This document shows positions 54,226 through 64,000 of a DNA stretch of 64,000 nt, piece after piece. The stretch is from Macrostomum lignano (taxonomy: Eukaryota): positions 1 to 64,000 of the forward strand of contig NIVC01001134.1 of NCBI GenBank assembly GCA_002269645.1, read 5' to 3'. Both the position numbers and the translations under genes were made by a program. The notes under the pieces were generated by a model that searched no databases, had not been told where the DNA came from, and worked only from the letters and a program-made list of their open reading frames with translations. Position 1 is the stretch's first letter; each line of letters starts with the position of its first letter.

Positions 54226-54237
54226 CACACAGCTCAC

Positions 54238-54696
54238 CTTAGTATAGCCATTCATATTGACCAGGATGTGAATTCCATCAGCGTAGATCCTATCGGCGGC
54301 CTTGCCATTGTCCGGCATCATGCTCAAATCGATAAAATGTTCAGCCTCCGAGGACACCTTCTGTCTGAAGGAGGTTCCATCGTCCGGGCTGAGTGCGTAG
54401 CAGAACACTTCCACTTTCCGTCTGTCGTGCAGGCCTGGCACGCTCTGCATCAGGTGCGAGGTTGGATGGTTGCAGAAGTCGGAGCTGACGTACCCAATAC
54501 GCAGCCGATCCTCGGGAACCCGACGGCGCATCTGATGGGGATAGTGCTCATACGGTTGGCGCTTCATCAGGGCCACCCGTTCGATGCACAGGGCGGCGTG
54601 ACGCCCGGCGATGCCCAGGCGCATTGAGTGGCTCAGCGGGTAGAGCATCGAGTGATGCGGGTGCACGCTCGGCAAGCGCTTGCGGGCCAGTTGCTC
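54238..54696 (-). CDS. OGT: OGT exon, N-catalytic lobe ([13 protein letters not shown]...[18 protein letters not shown]...LVNMNGYTK)
   Basis: GT41 signature motifs with conserved His residues; 459 nt. Confidence 0.98.
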
Positions 54697-54779
54697 CTAG
54701 ACGGGGGGTTAATCATTATAATAAATTTATAACTGAAGCAAAGTCCATAACTATCTTTAACATATCTAAGTCTACACTG

Positions 54780-55500
54780 ATCTCATCAATGTAACAGAAT
54801 CCCATCATCCCCAACCAGATCCCATCATCCCCAACCAGATCCCATCATCCCCAACCAGATCCCATCATCCCCAACCAGATCCCATCATCCCCAACCAGAT
54901 CCCATCATCCCCAACCAGATCCTACCATCCACAACCAGATCCTATCATCCCCAACCAGACCCCATCATCCCCAACCAGATCCCATCATCCCCAACCAGAT
55001 CCTACCATCCACAACCAGATCCTATCATCCCCAACCAGACCCCATCATCCCCAACCAGATCCTACCATCCACAACCAGATCCCACCATCCACAACCAGAT
55101 CCTATCATCCCCAACCAGACCCCATCATCCCCAACCAGATCCTACCATCCACAACCAGATCCCACCATCCCCAACCAGATCCTACCATCCACAACCAGAC
55201 CCCATCATCCCCAACCAGATCCTACCATCCACAACCAGATCCCACCATCCCCAACCAGATCCTACCATCCACAACCAGACCCCATCATCCCCAACCAGAT
55301 CCTACCATCCACAACCAGACCCCATCATCCCCAACCAGATCCTACCATCCACAACAAGATCCCATCATCCCCAACCAGATCCCATCATCCTATCTAGACT
55401 CCATCATCACCATCTAGATACCATCATCTCCAAGCAGATCCCATCATCCCAAACCAGATCCCATCATCCCCAACCAGATCCAATCATCCCACCCAGATGC
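54780..55500. repeat. 20-bp minisatellite (CCCATCATCCCCAACCAGAT), OGT intron
   Basis: About 35 copies. Confidence 0.96.
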
Positions 55501-55509
55501 CCATCTCAC

Positions 55510-55971
55510 CTGCACGATAGCCACCAGTTTAGTCATGCGCTCCTCATAGTCAGTCCAATCGCAGACAATCTGCAGGCAGTGAGCCAGATTGCAGAACGCA
55601 TCCGGGAAATCCGGTTTCAATCGCAGAGCGGTCCTATAGGATTGGATAGCCTCGGGAATCGAACCGCCGTCCTTATAGATGGACGCCAAATTCGAATGGG
55701 CATCGGCGAAGGCAGGATTAAGCTGTATAGCCCGCTGATAGCATTCCATAGCGGCTTGGGGCTGCATCAGCTCTTTCAGAGTGTTCCCCATGTTAGAGTA
55801 GGCATCGGCGAAGGCGGGAGAGATGCGGATGGCCTCGCGATAGTGAGCCAGAGCTTCCTGCAGCTTGCCCTGCATCTGCAGCATAGAGGCCAGGTTGGAG
55901 TGGGCCACGGCGAAGTCCGGGTAGATCTCCAGCGCGTTGCAGTACAGCCGGATGGCGTCCTCGGCGCGGCC
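55510..55971 (-). CDS. OGT: OGT exon ([10 protein letters not shown]...[26 protein letters not shown])
   Basis: Last TPRs and CDW motif; 462 nt, phase 0 to 0. Confidence 0.97.
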
Positions 55972-56104
55972 CTGGATGATGACGCAGCAAGTTTTTAAAT
56001 GCGCTTGTTACACTTTAATAAAATATGCATAATAAACCCCACATTAGTACTTACACATGTTTAAAATGATAGCCACTCTGAACTATGGAAATGATGCAAA
56101 GCTT

Positions 56105-57300
56105 TAATGGAATGGAAATGGCACTTACATCGGAATAGCTATGGAAATGGCACTTATAGCTATGGAAGTGGCACTTATAGCTATGGAAATGGCACTTATA
56201 GCTATGGAACTGGCACTTATAGCTATGGAAATGGCACTTATAGCTATGGAACTGGCACTTATAGCTATGGAACTGGCACTTATAGCTATGGAAAAATGGC
56301 ACTTATAGCTATGGAAATGGCACTTATAGCTATGGAAATGGCACTTATAGCTATGGAAATGGCACTTACAGCAATGGAAGTGGCACTTATAGCTATGGAA
56401 ATGGCACTTATAGCTATGGAAGTGGCACTTATAGCTATGGAAATGGCACTTATAGCTATGGAACTGGCACTTATAGCTATGGAAATGGCACTTATAGCTA
56501 TGGAACTGGCACTTATAGCTATGGAACTGGCACTTATAGCTATGGAAAAATGGCACTTATAGCTATGGAAATGGCACTTATAGCTATGGAAATGGCACTT
56601 ATAGCTATGGAAATGGCACTTACAGCAATGGAAGTGGCACTTATAGCTATGGAAATGGCACTTATAGCTATGGAAGTGGCACTTATAGCTATGGAAATGG
56701 CACTTATAGCTATGGAACTGGCACTTATAGCTATGGAACTGGCACTTATAGCTATGGAAAAATGGCACTTATAGCTATGGAAATGGCACTTATAGCTATG
56801 GAAATGGCACTTATAGCTATGGAAATGGCACTTACAGCAATGGAAGTGGCACTTATAGCTATGGAAAAATGGCACTTATAGCTATGGAAGTGGCACTTAT
56901 AGCTATGGAAATGGCACTTATAGCTATGGAAAATGGCACTTATAGCTATGGAGAAATGGCACTTATAGCTATGGAAATGGCACTTACAGCAATGGAAGTG
57001 GCACTTATAGCTATGGAAATGGAACTGGCACTTATAGCTATGGAAATGATGCAAAGCTTTTATGGAATGGAAATGGCACTTACATCGGAATAGCTATTAA
57101 GTGGCACTTATAGCTATGGAGAAATGGCACTTATAGCTATGGAAGTGGCACTTAAAGCTATGGAGAAATGGCACTTATAGCTATGGAAAAATGGCACTTA
57201 TAGCTATGGAAATGGCACTTATAGCTATGGAAATGGAACTGGCACTCATAGCTATGGAAATGGCACATTTAGCTATGGAAATGGCAAAATGGCACATTGA
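56105..57300. repeat. 21-bp minisatellite (ATGGCACTTATAGCTATGGAA), OGT intron
   Basis: Tandem copies read directly. Confidence 0.96.
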
Positions 57301-57363
57301 ACTATAGAAACGGCACTAAAATGACGATAAATTGTTCCAATATTTATCTAACAAGCCGCGTAC

Positions 57364-57735
57364 CTGTTCCCGTTTAATGTTAGCCAAATTGTTGAGCGAG
57401 TCGGCATGGGACGGGCACAGTTTCAAGGCCGTATTGTAGCACTCCTCGGCCTCGCCAACTCTGCCCTTCTCTTTCAGAGCGTTGGCCAAATTGCAATAGG
57501 CGTCGGGAAAATTTGGCTGGATTTTAATTGCCCGCCGGTAGGTCTCGATGGCCAGGTCGATCAGGCCCTGCTCGTAGTACACCGAGGCCAGGTTGCCGTG
57601 CACTACGGCGTGATTGCTGGACAGGTGCAAAGCTCGGTGATAAGCGGCCACAGCTCGATCGAATATGCGAGCCTCTTTGAACACATTGCCAAGGTTGATG
57701 TAGGCGTCCAGGAAGTTCGGATCCAGCGACACGGC
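57364..57735 (-). CDS. OGT: OGT exon ([27 protein letters not shown]...LANIKREQ)
   Basis: TPR repeats including RIFDRAV; 372 nt, phase 0 to 0. Confidence 0.97.
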
Positions 57736-57784
57736 CTTTCGTGTGGGCGAAGGTTTGAGGGAGTGAATGTGGCTCGGCTATTCG

Positions 57785-57930
57785 ACAATGGCTACTCGAA
57801 TGTCTACCGAACAGCTACTCGAATATCTGCCTAATAGCTAGCCAAATATCTGCCTAATAGCTAGCCAAATATCTTCCTAATAGCTAGCCAAATATCTGCG
57901 TAATAGCTACCCGTAAATCTGCCTAATCTA
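57785..57930. repeat. 22-bp repeat (AATATCTGCCTAATAGCTAGCC), OGT intron
   Basis: About 5-6 copies. Confidence 0.88.
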
Positions 57931-57948
57931 TATAACTAATAACTACTA

Positions 57949-58251
<303 letters not shown>

Positions 58252-59581
58252 TTAATTGATTTCAAAAAATACTTCAATCAAAGTTTTGAACTCATTCACC
58301 TACTAATAGTAGTATTTCAAAGTGTGTTAATTTACGTTTTGTTTTTTATTGGAAAAAATATTTTCCTTAAATTCAGAGCTGAGTTATAACAAAAGCATAC
58401 AAAAATATACTACTACTTCTGTCAGTAGTCCATGTAGAAAAACGCGTTTTACTTACTATTTTTGTTAAAATGTTGCAAAATTAGTTAAACAAAATATTGT
58501 TACAAAAAGAGACACAAGAACACGAATCGATTGAAACAGTGTTACTGAAGTAGGACAGCTTTGTTCCAAAAATTCTATCATAAAATATACAATACGCAAA
58601 AAAACTGATACCAGAAAAACGTTTGAAAATGAGAGAATTGCTAAAGTTGAAAGACTTTGGCGCTGTTTAATGAAATAAAGCTCTCAACAATTTCCACAGA
58701 AATTGTGAAAGCTTTATTCACACAGAACAGGAACACCGGTCTTACATTTATTTAACAACCTCTTAAAAATATGTTAAAATGCGAAAAATGAGCTGATATA
58801 TATATAGCACAGTCGCTGGCACAAATCAATGGTAGTTTTAATATTTCAAAAAAACATAAATTGGCAATTAAATACCTGAAGCTGTTCACAGCAGTAGCGA
58901 AGAGGCTGTCACAGTGAGAGTCACAGTGCTCATAGTCTGAAACAACAAATCGTCTGAATCCGTAATAGCCAAGGTTTGGAAAAGTTTTGCTTTTTTCAAA
59001 TCGCAAACAACAAAACTGGAATGCCGAGCTTTTTAGTGGGTTGGACTTTTAGCGCCTTTAACTGCTGGTGGTCCTGGCCTTAATGAAACAGATCAAACTG
59101 CTCCTCACTTCCAAAATCTGCCCGCCATTCAAAACACTGCATCTGTTTTTATAATATTTAGATATTTGTTTCATTTTTGTTAGCTTAAAGGAATTTAGTC
59201 CAAGCCTTTGTAAGCCGATTGGTTTAGCCAGCAGTTTCTGGTCAAACTCGTCTCTGTATCTGTTGAGACACAAACTGAACTGATATAATTATATCTATTT
59301 GATATTATCGCAATTGTCAAAATCAAATTATAATTTTACAAGACACTGGAAAATATAAAATAAGCTAAACCATTCAATAATATATTGCCAGTTGGAACGC
59401 TTGCTTTTTGACAATATAAGCATCAGTTTATTGCTGTTGCCACAGATACTAGAATAACTAGATCTAGATCTTTAAAGAAGCAAAGTGACGTTTTTGCCTT
59501 GAGAAATTTATTCAAGACTGAAGATTTCCGGAAAACTTGCAAATACTCTTAGGCTTTCCTCTTGCCGTTTTTGTATGTAAC

Positions 59582-59820
59582 ATTGATCTCTCTCCTTACT
59601 GCTCTCTCATTGGCTGGACTAGATTGGGCCCGCCCCCAGGCTGAATTTCGTCCGTCTGACTTTGATCTCTATCCTTACTGCTCTCTCATTGGCTGAGCTA
59701 GATTGGGCCTGCCCGCCCTAGGCTGAATTTCGTCCGTCTGACTTTGATCTCTATCCTTACTGCTCTCTCATTGGCTGAGCTAGATTGGGCCTGCCCGCCC
59801 TAGGCTGAATTTCGTCCGTC
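59582..59820. repeat. 82-bp unit x3 in the long OGT intron
   Basis: Units start near 59582, 59661 and 59743. Confidence 0.92.
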
Positions 59821-61627
59821 TTGGGTTCGCTTCTTGCCCGAGTTATGCTTGTATTCACAAATACTTTCTCATTCTTCATCTCAATGCTCTTGAGGCCGCA
59901 AACTGCGATCGAGGAAGGAAAGGAAATTTCACCTGCCACATCAAATTTAATACTGTCTTGACAAACTTTAACTGTGACATATCTAGTTATTCTTCAATCA
60001 GTTCCTGTTACTAAAAAGTAGTATTGCACCTGATGCTGATATATGCCGCAAAATAAGCTCCACTAACAAAATTATTAGTCCAAGCGTTGAGGTCTGCTGC
60101 AAAGAATATTTTCCTATAGAGAAATAATAAAAGTCGTGTGCAATTAACTGCACATGCATTTTAATTACGCATCACTTGAAGCAGCAAAACTCATCGCTTA
60201 CAAAAATATGATAACACAAAACTAGCGTCTTTGTCTTTCTTTTTAAAAAAGTCTTTAGAAGTGTTCTTCTAGGAGACAAAAAACAGGAAAGTATGGAGAA
60301 AAATGCCGAGAGTTCAGTCTGGAAACTGGCTGGCTGGCTGGCTGTCTACGAAAGCAATGTTGTGAAATTTGAGTGGCATTTAAATGCCAAAATTTACTAA
60401 AGATTAAAAAGCCTAACCAAAAAGTCCGACAAATTTCCAGCACTGAAAATATTTAAAATCTGAAGAAAAAACAAGCAATCAGAAAAGAAAGAAAGACAAA
60501 GACCCTAGAGACGGGCGCGGGTTGATAAAAAAACGCCTCCAGTCTCTATGGCAACAGAAATCGAACGCCTAAAGTATCAACATTTTATTTGTTTGTTTAA
60601 AATGTTCTTCACTTATTAAGCGACAAAATCGATCATAATCAAATTGCTTTAGTCAACAGCTAAATCATAGTCAACAACTGGTTGCCATGGAGATGGGGTG
60701 TCTAAGGGGAAAAAGCATCTCGCATAATTGCAGAATACAAAATCGCAAAGGGAATTTGACGCGCCCATCTATGAAAATAAGTTGAGCAGCAGGGCTGGAG
60801 GCGGGTGCACGCACCATGAGTCAGTTTTCTGCGAGCAACGGATTTAAACAAAATGAAATAAATTTTAATTATTTGCACACAGCACCTCCAGCCATACTAC
60901 TGATGCGACAAAGACAAACATCAGATGAGCTGAATTTGCCAATATTTTTATCACAGAGCTTTCCAATGCCTTGATTGAGTTTGACAGAGCGACAATATGC
61001 GTGGAAAATAGATATAAAAATAGCAGTGGCATAACGCATCAGGGACACGTCTGACCAGAGAAAAAATAAAGAGTTATGCCTAAAAATGATGGGGCTAAGG
61101 CTGAGCTTCCTACAGTGCCAGAATGTACTGTTAAATTTGAATAGTTTAAGACGGTAATTTATCTATTGATTTTTGTTCACTGACCAATTTCTGTAGGCTC
61201 AACCTCGGCCTTAGCCCGCACCAATTAGACGTAATTAATAATGGCTTCATCATGGCTGGTGTAAATCAACAGGCTAAACAAAATGCAAGGATGGCGCTGC
61301 TTCAAATGCTGGGCAAAGTCTGCTTTGGAAGGGCAAATAGTTTATATTTAATAAAACGCAAATTAAATTTTCAATATTTTTTTAACTCCAGAAAAAGCGA
61401 TTGCACTTTTATATGACGTCTAAGAAAAACAAAAAAATGCAATCGTTTCGATTTCTTTAGTTATAACTGATCCCAAAAACGGAATTCATCGATCTTTGAT
61501 TTGCTCTCTTAGTAGTAGAGAGCGCTTTACAAACTAGCTATGTACTTTCAAATTCTAGGCTATGCACTTTTGTTAATTTCAATTTTGCAAAGTTTAGAGC
61601 TATTATCAAAGGGGAAACAGGGTGTTA

Positions 61628-61807
<180 letters not shown>

Positions 61808-61811
61808 TCAG

Positions 61812-62520
61812 CCTGACTGACACATTTTCCCAACCTGACTAATCAATCACACTCGCTGACACATTATATCCCTATTGCAGCGCATGGCTTAAGTACGCCA
61901 GACGCCTACACAACCTGCGCCACGCTGTGAAATGACTTACCTGTGAAAGAAACCCTAAAGCAAAATTAACGCAGGGTAAATGTTGGGTAAACGGCAGGAG
62001 TAACTATAACTGTCTTATCAAGCCTAAATGCCTCGGCATCTAATTAGTACCGCGCCGCGCCGTACTAATCGCCGCGCGCCGTACGCGCTGCGCTGCGCCG
62101 TATTAGATCCGCGCCGGACGCCGTCCGCCAAAATGCCCATGCGCTGCAATCAGGCATTATATGAACCTGACTGACACATTCTCTCGACCTGACCAATCAC
62201 TCATACTGACTGACACATTCTCTCAACCTGACCAATCACTCATACTGACTGACACATTCTCTCAACCTGATCAATCACTCACACTGGCTGACACATTCTC
62301 TCGACCTGATCAATCACTCATACTGACTGACACATTCTCTCAACCTGACCAATCACTCATACTGACTGACACATTCTCTCAACCTGATCAATCACTCACA
62401 CTGGCTGACACATTCTCTCGACCTGATCAATCACTCACACTGGCTGACACATTCTCTCAACCTGACCAATCACTCATACTGACTGACACATTCTCTCGAC
62501 CTGACTTACGCATTCATTAA
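61812..62520. repeat. 39-bp minisatellite (CTGACTGACACATTCTCTCAACCTGACCAATCACTCATA), interrupted by a MITE
   Basis: Units on both sides of the 61870-62154 insertion. Confidence 0.92.
61870..62154. mobile_element. 285-bp MITE in OGT intron
   Basis: 18-bp TIRs CCCTATTGCAGCGCATGG / CCTGATTGCAGCGCATGG; 8-bp TSD CATTATAT at 61862-61869 and 62155-62162. Confidence 0.82.
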
Positions 62521-62596
62521 TCACACTGACACATTTCCCATAAAATCACGCCCCACTGACTGACACCAGCTAGCAGGAGGGCAGCAAGGGACTCAC

Positions 62597-62991
62597 AGGA
62601 CTGTACTGCAGCACCTGCACGTAAGCTCCAACAGCTCCCTCAGTGTCGCCGGCGGCGACCAGGGCGGAGGCCAAATTGACATATCCATCAATAAAGTCGT
62701 GCTTCAGCCGCAGGGCGTGACGATAGTTCTCGATAGCCTCGGCCAGGTGGCCGCGCTCCTTGTACACGTTGCCGAGGTTGGAATAGGCCTCAGCCAGCAT
62801 CGGGTTCTGCTTGATTGCCAATTGGCTAAAATAGGCAGACTTGTCCAGCCGTCTAGATTGGAAATAAATTGAGCTTAGCAACAAAAGGATGCTGGTATTC
62901 TCGGGATCTTGGCGCCACAATTGCATGCAGTGCTGCTCGGCACGTTCATAATCGCCAGCTGAGTACTCGCGCTGAGCTAGTTCTGCTAATC
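62597..62991 (-). CDS. OGT: OGT first visible coding exon ([28 protein letters not shown]...VLQYSP), TPRs
   Basis: Closely matches the OGT N-terminal TPRs as recalled. Acceptor TTGCCGCAG, phase 1; donor CCT|GTGAGT. The start-codon exon lies upstream and was not identified. Confidence 0.96.
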
Positions 62992-64000
62992 CTGCGGCAA
63001 GGTGACGGGCAGGGGAGAAAGAAGATTAAGCAACACAATAAGGCGATTGGATTACACTATGCAGTGAGTTAGCAATTATTTTGCAGCTGTTGTTTACAGA
63101 GATTAAATAATAATATAATATTATGGAGCTTAAACTTGGCACTATAAATAGCAATTTATACCAAATAGAACAAATGAATGGCAAGCAATGCACAGGTGTC
63201 ATTGGTTTTTCTGTTTTCATACAAATCAGATTATTGGCCTAGCTAAAGTGGACATTGATTTTAATATATTTGTCTATCTTTTAATCTTATCACTAATCTT
63301 TTCATGAAGTTTTGCTGCAAAATTTAAAATCCATATCATTACAATAATCATGAATAATCAACCTGACTAAAAGTTATAATATATATGCATTTCGATTTTT
63401 ACTCTCTACTTTGTCATCTATGATACTAATGTGGATACTGTCATCTACTTGCTGGACAATATGGAATGACCAACTGATTTTTGTGCATGAATAGAACTAA
63501 ACTATGCATAAAACCTTGCATGACATGAATTTTTAATAACATACATTTTAATTTAAACACAGAACTAATAGTACTTACTAATACTAATAGTAATACTAAT
63601 ATTAATAATAAGTCTAGTAATTTTTTAATTAGATATATGCTGATATTAGGGATAATGCCTAGAAAATTGACATATAGAAGCCTTTTTAGTTCAATACATT
63701 GATGCAAGTGGTGCAGTTACAGCATAGTAGCACAACATAAAGCAAGCTGCATAGTGTTTAAAATTCAGCAAATCAAATAAAAAAGGATAAGAAATGTATA
63801 TTTAAATTGAAAATCTATCAGACTAATTTTAGGAATAAAATTTAAATATTTTAAAACTTATTTACCATTTAAATGCAATACTTTTTATTTAAAATTGCTT
63901 TATTGAATATAGTCTATTATTTTAATTTTCTTATACTTTAGTAATGTTGTCAAAATCTTAGAGTTATTACAAAAAGTAAGTTTAGTTTAGTGCTCAAGAA

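Noticed and set aside
63000-64000. OGT start-codon exon
   Set aside because: No convincing ATG plus phase-1 donor was found in this AT-rich stretch; it probably lies beyond the window.

Overview
Eukaryotic (metazoan) genomic DNA, not prokaryotic: GC-rich spliced exons embedded in dense micro- and minisatellite arrays. The style suggests a free-living flatworm such as Macrostomum, but this is inference only. Three protein-coding genes are supported, all on the minus strand. (1) A KDM3/JMJD1-family JmjC H3K9 demethylase: 8 phase-consistent exons from 27179 to about 1575, plus a putative terminal exon at 271-345, about 1640 aa. It has a very long Q/H/A-rich N-terminus and a 1-nt frameshift in a JmjC exon at 2408-2410. 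(2) A single-coding-exon Pro/Gly/Tyr-rich protein with a Lys/His-rich block and Ser run (46615-47250). (3) O-GlcNAc transferase OGT: 9 phase-consistent exons from 62991 to 51111; the first coding exon was not found. More than 30 tandem arrays occur, including about 4.1 kb of (GATA)n. Mobile elements: a very young 1.42-kb non-autonomous LTR element (278-bp LTRs, TSD, PBS, PPT) nested in a probable hAT-like element in KDM3 intron 2; a 680-bp foldback/Mutator-like element with 9-bp TSD; a 285-bp MITE with 8-bp TSD; and a 156-bp palindrome. The most interesting lead is the OGT intron after the 69-nt exon. It is positionally equivalent to the mammalian O-GlcNAc-regulated detained intron 4 and shows a distant branch point, a weak AAG acceptor and a candidate poison exon. 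No CRISPR arrays, rRNA or tRNA genes were recognised. Coordinates were read by hand; repeat boundaries are approximate.
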